This document shows positions 50,246 through 61,022 of a stretch of 64,000 nt of DNA, in pieces (within the stretch, counting starts at the first letter, position 1; every line of letters begins with the position of its first letter). Source of the stretch: Nitrososphaeraceae archaeon. GTDB taxonomy: Archaea; Thermoproteota; Nitrososphaeria; Nitrososphaerales; Nitrososphaeraceae. Location of the stretch: contig DATGZA010000091.1 in the NCBI GenBank assembly GCA_035297365.1, forward strand, positions 1-64,000. The letters run 5' to 3'. The translations under genes and the position numbers were made by a program. The notes under the pieces were generated by a model. The model was not told the DNA's origin, did not search any database, and saw only the letters and a program-made list of their open reading frames with translations.

Positions 50246-51766
50246 ATGCCTATTAGAAACGGAGCCGAGTATATAGAAAGTTTGAGAAATCGAAATCTAA
50301 AGGTCTATCTTTTTGGGGAATTAGTCAAAGAACCAGTGGACCATCCTATGATTCGGCCTTCGATCAATGCCGTAGCAGAAACTTTTGATTTGGCTAACGA
50401 GGATCCAGAATTAGCTTCTGCTGAATCTTCACTTTCTGGTTTAAAAGTGAATAGATTTTTACACATAGCTGAAAATGCTCAAGATCTTGTAAATCAAAAT
50501 AAGATGCAACGGAAACTTGGACAATTAACAGGCACTTGTTTTCAAAGATGTGTAGGCATGGATGCATTAAATTCTCTTTATTCTACTACTTTCGAAATTG
50601 ATGGAAAGAATAATACACAATATCATCAAAGGTTAAAAGAATTCATAAAGAAAGTTCAGCAAGAAAATTATGTTATTGGAGGAGCTATGACTGATGTAAA
50701 GGGAGATAGAAGCCTCTCTCCATCACAACAAGAAGATCCAGATTTATTCGTGCATATTACAAAACGGGATGAAAAAGGTGTTTATATTACAGGTGCTAAG
50801 GCTCATCAGACAGGATGCATTAATTCTCATTGGATCTTGGTGATGCCTACGATGAGGCTTAGAAGAGAAGATAAAGATTATGCCATTGTTGGTGCTGTAC
50901 CAGCAGATGCTCCGGGTATTATCTATATCTACGGACGGCAATCATGTGATACTAGAAGCATGGAAGGTGGAGATATCGATTCTGGAAATGCCAAATTTTC
51001 AGGACAGGAAGCTATGATGATTTTTGACAATGTCTTTATTCCAAACGATCTTATTTTTATGGATGGTGAATATGAGTTTGCTTCAATGTTGGTTGAAAGG
51101 TTTACTTGTTACCACAGAAGGAGCTATGTTTGTAAGACTGGTCTGGGTGACGTGCTTATAGGTGCAGCAGCATCAATCGCTGATTATAATGGCGTTTCAA
51201 ATGTATCTCATATTAAAGACAAATTAGTTGAAATGACGCATCTTAACGAAACAATATTTGCTGCAGGAGTAGCATCGTCTTATCAGTCATACAAAACAAA
51301 GTCTGGCAATTTTCAGAATGATGATATGCTTGCAAACGTATGCAAACACAACGTTACACGTTTCCCCTATGAGATTGGCAGACTGGCTCAGGATATTGCA
51401 GGAGGATTAGTTGTAACAATGCCTTCTGAAAAAGAGTTTAGAAATCCAGAAACTGGACCTCTCTTAGAAAAATATCTGAAGGGAAGAAAGGGTATCCCTA
51501 CTGAAAATCGGGTTAGGGCACTAAGATTAATAGAGAATATGACACTAGGAAGAAATGCAGTTGGTTACCTTACAGAATCTATGCATGGTGCGGGTTCACC
51601 ACAAGCACAACGTATTCAAATCGCTAGACAAATGCAATTAGGTTACAAGAAAAAACTAGCAAGACGTCTAGCAAATATTCCTGAAACAGAAGCAGAAGAT
51701 CTAACTCAGGAACAATCGGACTATTTTGATAGAATATTCAGAATTAACAAGAACCAAACAAAATAA
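50246..51766 (+). CDS. abfD: 4-hydroxybutyryl-CoA dehydratase (HP/HB carbon fixation cycle)
   Basis: TCFQRCVGMD and YHRRSYVCK [4Fe-4S] ligands, TDVKGDRS, GAKAHQT, ESMHGAGSPQAQ. Confidence 0.95.
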   Translation: MPIRNGAEYIESLRNRNLKVYLFGELVKEPVDHPMIRPSINAVAETFDLANEDPELASAESSLSGLKVNRFLHIAENAQDLVNQNKMQRKLGQLTGTCFQRCVGMDALNSLYSTTFEIDGKNNTQYHQRLKEFIKKVQQENYVIGGAMTDVKGDRSLSPSQQEDPDLFVHITKRDEKGVYITGAKAHQTGCINSHWILVMPTMRLRREDKDYAIVGAVPADAPGIIYIYGRQSCDTRSMEGGDIDSGNAKFSGQEAMMIFDNVFIPNDLIFMDGEYEFASMLVERFTCYHRRSYVCKTGLGDVLIGAAASIADYNGVSNVSHIKDKLVEMTHLNETIFAAGVASSYQSYKTKSGNFQNDDMLANVCKHNVTRFPYEIGRLAQDIAGGLVVTMPSEKEFRNPETGPLLEKYLKGRKGIPTENRVRALRLIENMTLGRNAVGYLTESMHGAGSPQAQRIQIARQMQLGYKKKLARRLANIPETEAEDLTQEQSDYFDRIFRINKNQTK

Positions 51767-51839
51767 TAATTCTTTCTATTCCATTTTATCTGCAATTTTT
51801 TTATTTAAAACAAAAAAGAACCAAATTTTGTGATTCGCG

Positions 51840-52826
51840 TTGAAAAATCATCTGCTAAATGTTGTTAATCTAAACAAGTCATTTCCTAGCAGCCAACATT
51901 TGATAAGATCGTTTGGTTTCAGAAAAAAAAATGTTGTCAAAGTTATAGATAACGTCAATTTTCAACTTGATATTGGTGAAATACTTGTAATTGCAGGTGA
52001 ATCAGGTTCAGGCAAGACCACTTTAGCTCGATTGATAATGAAATCTATAGATCAAGATTCAGGAAAAATCATTTTTGATAATGAAGATATCTCAAATTTA
52101 AAAGGTAAAGAATTACTAAGGTTGAGAAGAAAGATGCAAATGATACTACAAGATCCCTATTCCTCTCTTGATCCTAGAATGAAGGTATTTGATATTATTA
52201 AGGAACCATTACAAATACACAAAAAATCAGTAAAGAAACATGAAACTCGAGAAATAATATTTTCAGCACTAAAAAAAGTTAATCTCGAACCTTTAGAGGA
52301 AATCTCTAACAAATATCCACATATGCTTTCTGGAGGACAAAGACAGCGAGTAAGTTTTGCGAGATCTTTGGTATTGCAACCAAAACTTATAATTGCAGAT
52401 GAACCTGTTTCAATGTTAGATGTTTCAATAAGATTCCAGATTCTAGAATTAATGGGAAGGTTGAAGGAGGAAGAGAAAATATCATTTCTGTATATAACTC
52501 ACGATCTTTCCACTTCGAGAATAGTAGGTGACAACATTATGGTCTTATACAAAGGACAAATAATTGAATATGGCGACATTGAGAAAGTGATTACAAATCC
52601 TCTTCATCCATATACCAAAGCCTTAATATCTGCTATCCCCAAATTAAGTGATATTGAAGATAAAGAGATCATGATCAAGAATGAATATGATCAATCTCAC
52701 ATTTCGAAAGGATGCAAATTTCTTAATAAATGTATCTGTTCTATAGATAAATGCAACTATGTTGAGCCGGATCTAACAATGGAAGAAAAAGATCATCACG
52801 TTCGTTGTTTCAATTACAAGCCTTAA
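51840..52826 (+). CDS. oligopeptide/dipeptide ABC transporter ATP-binding subunit (OppF/DppF-like)
   Basis: GESGSGKT, LSGGQRQR, ADEPVSMLD, HPYT, C-terminal Cys cluster. Confidence 0.92.
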   Translation: MKNHLLNVVNLNKSFPSSQHLIRSFGFRKKNVVKVIDNVNFQLDIGEILVIAGESGSGKTTLARLIMKSIDQDSGKIIFDNEDISNLKGKELLRLRRKMQMILQDPYSSLDPRMKVFDIIKEPLQIHKKSVKKHETREIIFSALKKVNLEPLEEISNKYPHMLSGGQRQRVSFARSLVLQPKLIIADEPVSMLDVSIRFQILELMGRLKEEEKISFLYITHDLSTSRIVGDNIMVLYKGQIIEYGDIEKVITNPLHPYTKALISAIPKLSDIEDKEIMIKNEYDQSHISKGCKFLNKCICSIDKCNYVEPDLTMEEKDHHVRCFNYKP

Positions 52827-52888
52827 ATTCTATAAATTTCTGTTCTGTTATATTTTTTACACCTTTTTGTTATTTTATTCTTTAATTT

Positions 52889-55800
52889 TTAAGCTATAAT
52901 TTCAGTTGATCCGGAGGATTTTCCAGGATATTTGTATTTTAATATCTGAGATACGCCGTTTTTAGGATAAACTCCATAAATTTGGTCGACTTTTGAAATT
53001 GTTGAATCTTTCAATGTTACCATTATTATTTGATTTTTTCTAGCTCGTTCAAATAAGATCGTTGACAACCGCTCCGTATTCTGTGCATCCAAGTGTGCAT
53101 CAATTTCATCCATGAGATAGAATGGTGATGGTTTTATAGATTGTAATGCCAAAAGAAATACTGTCGCTGCCATTGTTTTTTCACCCCCTGACAATGCCGT
53201 AGAATCTCTCCTAGGTTTTCCGGGGAACTGAACAACCAACCTCACACCCCCTGAAAAAACATCTTCTTGATTTTCAATTTCTAACCAAGAGTTTCCACCT
53301 ATGACTGTTGAAAATGTGTGATTGATATCTTGATTGATTTTAAGAAATGCATCCATAAACATACTCTCTTTCTCTTTATTTATTTCTTCAATAAATAATA
53401 TGATAGAATTACGTTCCTTTTCCAAGTCATTTTTCCTTTCAGACATTCCTCTGTAACCTTCAATGACTTGAATATAACTTTCATTCGCTCTGAGATTTAT
53501 TCTATTCTTTAATGAATCGTATTCCTCAGATAGTTTAGTTACTAGTTCATCTACGTCATAATCTTCCTCAATAATCTGTTTATATCCTAGCCAGATTAGA
53601 TCATTATTTAATTTTCTTTGTTGATCTCTTAGGTTGGAATTTTCTTTATCTAATAATGCTATTTCTCTCTCAAACGCGTTGTATACCCTTGAAACTCTTC
53701 TTTCATTTTCCAATAAAGATTTGATTTTTTCTTCATAAGTTTGCAAAATTGAATAAGAATTTCCTGAAGCATTTATTATTACCTGTTCTTGATCTCTTAG
53801 TGTCTTCAAATCAGTCTCTTTGTTTTCGATTATTTCATTATCTGTATTGATTCTTGATTCTTTATCTTCTAATTCTTTTTCCAGATTTATCTTCTCTTCT
53901 TCCAATATAGATTTACGGTCAGAATGTAGTTCTCTGTCATTTCGTTGGGAGGTCGTTTTTATTGTCAGATCCTGTATTTCGTAGTTTTTCGAATCAATAA
54001 TGGTTTGAAGATTGGTTCTCTTTATATTTAGACTATCTAATTCATAGCCATTATATTTTACATCGATTTCTGATAATATATTTTGTATTTTGTTTTTAGT
54101 GTTGGATACAATTACAAGCCTAATTTCATTCTTGTAAATTTTTTCTGCAATTGAATTTGTCTCCGTTTCGACTAACTTTTGTGAGTTTATTTGTTGATCT
54201 AAATCATTTTCTAGTTCATAAAGATGAATTTCATGGAATTTGAGCATTTCTTTGTGATGATTTATGGAATTGTCCAGTTTAATCTTCATAGTTTCCATTT
54301 CGCTCGCATGCTTGATCGACTTCCTTAATTTTAGGATTTTATTGTCTAACAAATTTTTAAGGTTAAGAATTAAAATTCTAAGGGTCTTTATATCGTTTTC
54401 CAGATTTATCTCTTTTACCACATCGATTATTTTAGAATTATAGTCAATCAATAAAGATCTTGATCTAGCTCCAAATAATTCGCCATCTATGGATACAGTA
54501 TTGTATCCATTTATAGATAAAGTATATGCGTCTTTTGCTGTTCGAACAACAATTGTGTTTCCAAATAAAAATTCTACCAATGCTTTGAAATCTGACGTAA
54601 CAAAATTGGAAAGATGACCTATTATTCCTATATCGTCTTCCTTTACTATCACCTTATCAGAAGACTTTATTAGATCTAGCGGAATGATTTTGGCTCGAGG
54701 CAATTGCCTAGATTTTGCAAATTCTGCTATTTTTATCATGCTTCTCACATCTCTTACAACTATGGCTTTCATCCACTCAGATGCTGTGGCTAATACACTT
54801 CTATGATATTTTTTATCCCATTTTATAAGGTCGTGTACAACTCCTATTGTATCTATCTTCTTATTCTTTAATATTTCTGAGATGGTGAAATCTTCTTCCA
54901 TCGAATTGACTAAAATAGCATTCTTTTCCTGAAATTTTAAAGAGTCTTGATCGGATTCATCTAATGTTGTTCTTGAATTTTTAAGTTCGGTTGCATATTT
55001 TTCTATCTTATCCTGCAAATCCGATATTGACCTATCTATGGTGTCTCTGTCTTTTAGTTGCGTGTTAAGTGTATTTTTGTGATATGAAATTTGGAACATG
55101 GAATTAGAGATGTTGGAATTGAGTGTATTTATTTTATTATGAATTTCATTACTCTGGTCGGTTTTTATTTGTAATTTCTCTTGATTAGTAACAATATGTC
55201 TTTCAAGATTATTATATAAATTTATTAATTTGGAATTCCTATTTTCTAATTTTGATTTTAACGAATTTATCTCTGCGTTTTTATTGTTTTCAATTACGAT
55301 GTTTTGATCAATATTTTTTAGTAGATTAATATTTTGGTTCTTTTCATCATATAGTTTCTCCATATTAATTTCAGCTAAATTAACTATCTCCTCAATATGG
55401 TTTATTTTTTTATCAATATCTTCATATGTTCCATCTATAGATTTTAATCTGTTTTTGATTTCTGCTATTCTTGATACTGTCTGTTTATAAATGGCCTTCA
55501 ATTTTTCTACTTCATAGACAATTAAAGAGATTTTATTGCTAACTTCTGCTTTTTGTTTATTCATTGTATCTACTTCTTTTATGAACTGCATTTTTTCAAC
55601 ATCTAGTTTTTCAATTTCTTCTCTTAATTCCTTGAGGTTCAAAGATGATTCCATTGACTTGCTATTTTTTTTATCTAATTCTAAATCATTTCTTGAAACT
55701 GTGTCTTCTAGTCTTTTTATATCATTTGATATTTTTATTGCCTTGTATTTTTTAATATCTGTTTCCAGGTGCTCAAATCGTAATTGTTCATTCCTTTCTA

Positions 55801-56422
55801 TCTCTAAATCATCAATTCTCTTTCTAATCTCACCTATGCGTGCCAATGCAATGTCTAGTCTTCTGTCGGATTCTTCAAGTTGTGTTAAAGATTCTTCTTT
55901 TTTTTCGTCAAAGTAGGACAATCCTACAATATCTTCAATAATTTTCCTTCTCTCATCTGAATTTAATTCTGATATTCTGGTAATCATTCCCTGCTGTACA
56001 ATGTTTAACTTATTTGGAACCGCTACAACTATCTGGAGTAATTCGGTGATCGTGGATTTAGTAACCTTTTTTCCGTTCAAAAAATATTGACTATCTCCAA
56101 CAGAACCTTCCATCTCTCTTGTTAGTGTTACATGATCCGAATTAATTGGAATACCTCTATCTTTGTTATCAAATGTAACACTTACTCTAATAAGCCTGTG
56201 ACCTTTATTTTGAGTATCATGGAACAGAGACTGAAACTTGTCAACGCGCAAGGATTTAGGACTATTTTCACCCAGTGAAAACATTATGGCATCCAAAACA
56301 TTACTTTTTCCAGAGCCATTCGGTCCCGTAACCGCTACTAGACCATTATTAAAATTGATGATAGTATTCTTAAATCCAAATGATTTAAATCCATAAATTT
56401 CAATTTTTTTTATAAAAACCAT
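52889..56422 (-). CDS. smc: chromosome segregation protein SMC
   Basis: GFKSF, GPNGSGKSN, coiled coils, hinge (FLFGNTIVV), LSGGEK, MDEIDAHLD. Confidence 0.96.
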   Translation of the reverse strand: MVFIKKIEIYGFKSFGFKNTIINFNNGLVAVTGPNGSGKSNVLDAIMFSLGENSPKSLRVDKFQSLFHDTQNKGHRLIRVSVTFDNKDRGIPINSDHVTLTREMEGSVGDSQYFLNGKKVTKSTITELLQIVVAVPNKLNIVQQGMITRISELNSDERRKIIEDIVGLSYFDEKKEESLTQLEESDRRLDIALARIGEIRKRIDDLEIERNEQLRFEHLETDIKKYKAIKISNDIKRLEDTVSRNDLELDKKNSKSMESSLNLKELREEIEKLDVEKMQFIKEVDTMNKQKAEVSNKISLIVYEVEKLKAIYKQTVSRIAEIKNRLKSIDGTYEDIDKKINHIEEIVNLAEINMEKLYDEKNQNINLLKNIDQNIVIENNKNAEINSLKSKLENRNSKLINLYNNLERHIVTNQEKLQIKTDQSNEIHNKINTLNSNISNSMFQISYHKNTLNTQLKDRDTIDRSISDLQDKIEKYATELKNSRTTLDESDQDSLKFQEKNAILVNSMEEDFTISEILKNKKIDTIGVVHDLIKWDKKYHRSVLATASEWMKAIVVRDVRSMIKIAEFAKSRQLPRAKIIPLDLIKSSDKVIVKEDDIGIIGHLSNFVTSDFKALVEFLFGNTIVVRTAKDAYTLSINGYNTVSIDGELFGARSRSLLIDYNSKIIDVVKEINLENDIKTLRILILNLKNLLDNKILKLRKSIKHASEMETMKIKLDNSINHHKEMLKFHEIHLYELENDLDQQINSQKLVETETNSIAEKIYKNEIRLVIVSNTKNKIQNILSEIDVKYNGYELDSLNIKRTNLQTIIDSKNYEIQDLTIKTTSQRNDRELHSDRKSILEEEKINLEKELEDKESRINTDNEIIENKETDLKTLRDQEQVIINASGNSYSILQTYEEKIKSLLENERRVSRVYNAFEREIALLDKENSNLRDQQRKLNNDLIWLGYKQIIEEDYDVDELVTKLSEEYDSLKNRINLRANESYIQVIEGYRGMSERKNDLEKERNSIILFIEEINKEKESMFMDAFLKINQDINHTFSTVIGGNSWLEIENQEDVFSGGVRLVVQFPGKPRRDSTALSGGEKTMAATVFLLALQSIKPSPFYLMDEIDAHLDAQNTERLSTILFERARKNQIIMVTLKDSTISKVDQIYGVYPKNGVSQILKYKYPGKSSGSTEIIA

Positions 56423-56518
56423 TTGATTGTAATTTAAAGCATTTTAATTATCTATTATATTTTTTGTTTTCTTACAGCATAACCTAGATTTAATCTATTA
56501 CGAAATTCAACTTTATTT

Positions 56519-57253
56519 TTACCCAAATCTAAATATAGTACTTTTATCCACAATTTTGAAATTCAATTTATTATAGAAATTCATATATCCATCGTTCAGG
56601 AATGTATGCAGGAAGACATTTCTGAAACCTTTGAGATTAGCTGTTTCCATGGATTTTTTAATCACAGTTGTAGCAATTCCTTTATTTCTATATTCTGGAA
56701 TAGTTCCTAGACAATATAAGCCCATAGATCCATAATTTTCGAAAAGTAAACAACATCCTACAGGTATTTTTCTATTATTTTTTTCACTAACTTCTGCGAG
56801 CAAAAAAATAAAACGTTCTCTATTTTGATGTAGTAAGTGTTTTACTTTGGTAATTCGCCTTGTTATCATGAATGACTTGCAAAATATATCATTCCAATCT
56901 TTAATATTATTCGTCTCTTTGACATTTACGCTAGGTTCTTTTCCATATAGCTTAATTTTACTAGGAGATACCATGGTATAAATTATGTCCAAATAATGAA
57001 AATGATTTTTTTCTAAATGTTTTATTACTTGCTTGTTCAAGTTTTCCAAATGAAAAAATCCTCCCAAAGCGTTTTCTGTTAAAAATAAATTTGAATTTGA
57101 AATACCCTCATTTATAACCTTAGATTTTGAAGCTTTGCTTATTATCCTATTAAAAAAATAATCTTCAGGAAAATCTGAATAAACAAAAATATTTGTTGCC
57201 GAATCAATCTGATAATTTTTGACCCAGTATGAACAAAATTCTAATTCGTTCAT
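56519..57253 (-). CDS. GNAT-family acetyltransferase
   Basis: LGTIPEYRNKGIA acetyl-CoA motif, FYNKLNF; ATG at 57253 preceded by GAGGT. Confidence 0.85.
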   Translation of the reverse strand: MNELEFCSYWVKNYQIDSATNIFVYSDFPEDYFFNRIISKASKSKVINEGISNSNLFLTENALGGFFHLENLNKQVIKHLEKNHFHYLDIIYTMVSPSKIKLYGKEPSVNVKETNNIKDWNDIFCKSFMITRRITKVKHLLHQNRERFIFLLAEVSEKNNRKIPVGCCLLFENYGSMGLYCLGTIPEYRNKGIATTVIKKSMETANLKGFRNVFLHTFLNDGYMNFYNKLNFKIVDKSTIFRFG

Positions 57254-57266
57254 TTTATACCTCGTT

Positions 57267-58397
57267 CTAATATCTGAGTCCAAAAATTTCCACCATCTTC
57301 TTGATTTCACAATATCTTTTTTCTTCTACAGCTTCTTTTAAAACAGTAAGAGCATCTACTGTGTTAAAATCATCCGTTAAATAATCTATGAACTTTTTTA
57401 TTTTACTGCTATTTTTTTCAGGAACTTTGTATTCTGAAGTGAAGATTTCTCTTATTCTATTCTCTAATTTTCTGTATTCGTTTATGCCTTTATAGGAAAA
57501 AAATAATGGATCATGGTAATTTTCAGAATATGAATAAAGTCTTATGGTGTTAGCATTGTATTTATTTAATAAATCATTAATCGAAAGATAATGACCTGTA
57601 GATTTAGACATTTTTGTATTTTTCAGGTATACGAGTCCTACATGCATCCAAATATTTGGGTATTTCTTACTATTTTTTATACTGTATAGAATAGAACTTA
57701 TATATTCGTGATGGGGAAGAATGAGATCCGTTGCTCCACTGTGGATATCATACTTTCCTGAAAATATTCCACATATAACGGAAACATCTTGAATATGCCA
57801 CCATGGGACGCCATCTCCTAATTCCGAATCATTAAATAGATTTTCAAATACATCCGAGCAGTTCCATAGCAGAATATCTGTAGGAGATTTTTTTCCAGGA
57901 TTAATATCAAATCTCATATCCTTCATTTCTTCCTTCGATAATCCTGATAAATTAGATTTAGTTCCAAATTCTGCTTTCAGATAGATATTTCCTAAACTGT
58001 AGTATGCTTTTTTGTCTGTAATCAGTTTTTCTATGATCCTTTTTGTGTAGTCTATGTAGTCAGACACCTTCACATAAATAAAAGAGTTAAGACCGAGTTT
58101 GTCAAATGTCTTTAAAAACTCTTGAATATTTTCTTCTACTAATAATGGATATTCAACTCCACTCTCTTTAGATCTTGCTAGAATTTTTGGATCAATATCT
58201 GTAATATTAATTACTATTGTTGGTTCAATGTTTCTTAATTTAAATAATCTATAGACTAGGTCAAAAAAAAGAAAAAATCTGGCATGCCCAAAATGAATAG
58301 TATCATATACCGTTGGACCACATAAAAAAACCTTTATATTATTTGTTTTTGAATTTATTATTTTTTTTTTATTATTCAATTTATCAAATATTCTCAA
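57267..58397 (-). CDS. cysteinyl-tRNA synthetase-like protein (short, divergent)
   Basis: CGPTVYD, HFGH (HIGH), NITDID, DIHSGATDLILPHHE, KMSKS, DDFNT; only 376 aa. Confidence 0.85.
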   Translation of the reverse strand: MRIFDKLNNKKKIINSKTNNIKVFLCGPTVYDTIHFGHARFFLFFDLVYRLFKLRNIEPTIVINITDIDPKILARSKESGVEYPLLVEENIQEFLKTFDKLGLNSFIYVKVSDYIDYTKRIIEKLITDKKAYYSLGNIYLKAEFGTKSNLSGLSKEEMKDMRFDINPGKKSPTDILLWNCSDVFENLFNDSELGDGVPWWHIQDVSVICGIFSGKYDIHSGATDLILPHHEYISSILYSIKNSKKYPNIWMHVGLVYLKNTKMSKSTGHYLSINDLLNKYNANTIRLYSYSENYHDPLFFSYKGINEYRKLENRIREIFTSEYKVPEKNSSKIKKFIDYLTDDFNTVDALTVLKEAVEEKRYCEIKKMVEIFGLRY

Positions 58398-59485
58398 TAT
58401 CGGTGTACAAAAAGCTGGATAAATTATAAATTTTTGCGTTTTTAGAGCTCTTACAATATGAAAATCTTTTTTTGGATAATATACAAGTTTCCTTTGTATT
58501 TTAAGCTAGGTTCAAAATTAGCACAGAGTATGAAACTGAAGGTCTTATTGAACCCGTATCCGAGCGACTAGAAGATGTATGGATGTTTCCGTTAGCAAGC
58601 AGAAAAAATAAAAAGAATGAAAAGTAATATAGCTAGAGTATATTGTCATAGATAATTGCCAATAGATAATTTTTAATATTATGATTTATAAAAGATTATA
58701 CATATGACAGGAACATAAAAATAGGATTATACAGATGTAGATTTTCATGGATGTTAAGTAAAAGCTATAGTAAACAACCTTCTTTTTACATGTGATATAA
58801 AAATTACATTTGAAAGCAATAGAACATCTACGTCTATTTTAAGGCACTTGAGTTATGGTTATGTAATCAGTCTAAAAATATGTCTAAGATATTGGTGGTA
58901 TTTAAGGATGAGAATAGGAATTATGATGTTGAATAAAAATGGCTGTAAATATATGTTCTTATCATATCTTGATAAAAGAGGCAGCAGAAGATTTGATTCC
59001 ATAATGGATGAAACCCAGATTCAAATAAAAGACAAACACTAGACATGTATATATTAAATTACTAAAGGCTTGTCAGATATCCATATTTGAGAGGTGAGAA
59101 ATATGCTCGTATTATATCATTTTATTCGTTCTCTATTTGATAATTATGGAAATAATACAGTTTACATCAATGGTTATTCATAATATCCGAGCCTATACTT
59201 TTGAGTAATGAAAACACAGGTTGAAATCACCTCTAGAAATAGTGTGATAAAAAAAGAAATACAGAATTTCAAGAACCAACAGAAGGTTCTGATCATTGGT
59301 ACCGATGATTTGATAATAAAAATATTAAATGAGATTATCACCTGTGTGAATTTGCATTCGATTATTTGTCGATTAATATGTTTCCAAATTAAAAATAGTA
59401 TTTCTGAAAAAAATCGAATGGGTGCTAATTAGAATAGTTGTTGCTGTTTTTTGGTTTATCCATTACTATTCTTAATTTAAAATTG

Positions 59486-59734
59486 TCAATATTCTATAAA
59501 ATGAAAATTATTGTGATATATTTTCTTCACATCATCTATCACCTCATTCAAATTATCATAATATTTTATTTCATTAGATTCTGTTCCTGTAAATTCAACG
59601 ACATACTGGTCTAGAATATTTTTATTTATAAAAATTTTTTCATTAGTTGAATCTACACTAATTTTGATTCCTTCATCATAATCTAAATCTCTTAAGCTTA
59701 ATTTTAAATCATGTAATTTCTTTTTTTGAATCAT
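59486..59734 (-). CDS. hypothetical protein
   Basis: 82 aa ORF with plausible globular composition. Confidence 0.5.
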   Translation of the reverse strand: MIQKKKLHDLKLSLRDLDYDEGIKISVDSTNEKIFINKNILDQYVVEFTGTESNEIKYYDNLNEVIDDVKKIYHNNFHFIEY

Positions 59735-60313
59735 ATACTTATTAAATGTTTATTTTATTTATATATAGCATTAATTTATCCGATATGAATTCAAATAATA
59801 CTGCAATAGGATGTTAAATTTCAAGAACTTTTCACAATAATCTATATTTTCTTTAGACTGTAGCAAGAAATTCTTAAAGATCTGGATAATCATAAAAATT
59901 CAGAATATTTTTATTTTTCATTTTGATTAAGAATAATAATCTCAAAATATAATTCGGTTACAAAATAAGTCTTTGAATAACTCTTTTACTTTGCTTATAA
60001 TGATAAAGTTAAATGAACATTTAATATTACTTTATAAGAAAATAAATGTGTTAATGCCTGCCTCAAAGTAATTCCTCACAAAATATATTTTAAATTTTTT
60101 GTATAATTATTAGAGGTAAAGCATATTCAAAATAAATATAAACTTGTATATAAGAATCCATAAAAATTATCTAAAAGTAATGAAGTTTTATATTATTACG
60201 AATATAGCACTTGAAAAACAATAATAATAGATTAAACAAAATATAAGGATTGGGTATGAATAAATTATAAAAACTAGAGAATTAAATACAAAAACAAAAA
60301 AGCTTTTAAGGAT

Positions 60314-60619
60314 CTAATTTCTAGAAACAGCTACTTCGATGGTTGAAACATTTCTGATTCTTCCGTCCTCGGATTTTACTGATTCGGACCCTATTTTCAC
60401 AGAATCTACCTTATATCCCAGTGTATCCATTCGTTTCACAATGATCTGAGATACATCTACAGCTCTTGGGATGCTTTTGCCTCTTGCTTTAATGACTACA
60501 AGCGGTTCGTTGGCCAGCTGTACTAATGTTGCTGTGACATAGGTCATCAACGGCTTCTTGCCTATAAAAATCTCATTACTTCTCTTTACATTTCCAGTAT
60601 TTTCAATATTTGCGGTCAT
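60314..60619 (-). CDS. albA: DNA/RNA-binding protein Alba
   Basis: IFIGKKPLMTYV, IKARGKSIPRAVDV, IGSE, RNVSTIEV. Confidence 0.95.
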   Translation of the reverse strand: MTANIENTGNVKRSNEIFIGKKPLMTYVTATLVQLANEPLVVIKARGKSIPRAVDVSQIIVKRMDTLGYKVDSVKIGSESVKSEDGRIRNVSTIEVAVSRN

Positions 60620-60656
60620 GCTTATAATAACTCATCTAATGTGGAATATAATGTTT

Positions 60657-60905
60657 TCAACTCTTGATATTTTTGTCAGATTCTTTGACTATTTCATTGA
60701 ATATATCGCTGATGCTATTAGGGTTCTCCCTAATTTTGGTAATGATATTGGGATCACCCACCTCATAACAATGAATGATCTCGTCGTTATCTTTGTAAAA
60801 AAGGAATACTCTATTTTGAAAAATACAATGATACAATTCTTCTTTTATCATTATTTCAGGTTTTAATTTGATGCCATCTTGGTTAATAGTAATGGGATCA
60901 TCCAA
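60657..60905 (-). CDS. conserved hypothetical protein
   Basis: 82 aa; 'LYHCIF...FLFYKD..EIIHCYEV'. Confidence 0.65.
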   Translation of the reverse strand: MDDPITINQDGIKLKPEIMIKEELYHCIFQNRVFLFYKDNDEIIHCYEVGDPNIITKIRENPNSISDIFNEIVKESDKNIKS

Positions 60906-61022
60906 TGATAGATCAATTGGTTTGGTTCTAGAAAAGTATATCTAAACCCTGATACATGCGTAATTATCACAACAAATATTATAACAGTGACTTTTATTTA
61001 CATTAATGAATGAATTGATTTC

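Noticed and set aside
58398-59485. Long intergenic stretch with 64- and 74-aa ORFs, possible ncRNA
   Set aside because: No convincing stems, box C/D pair or protein motif seen.
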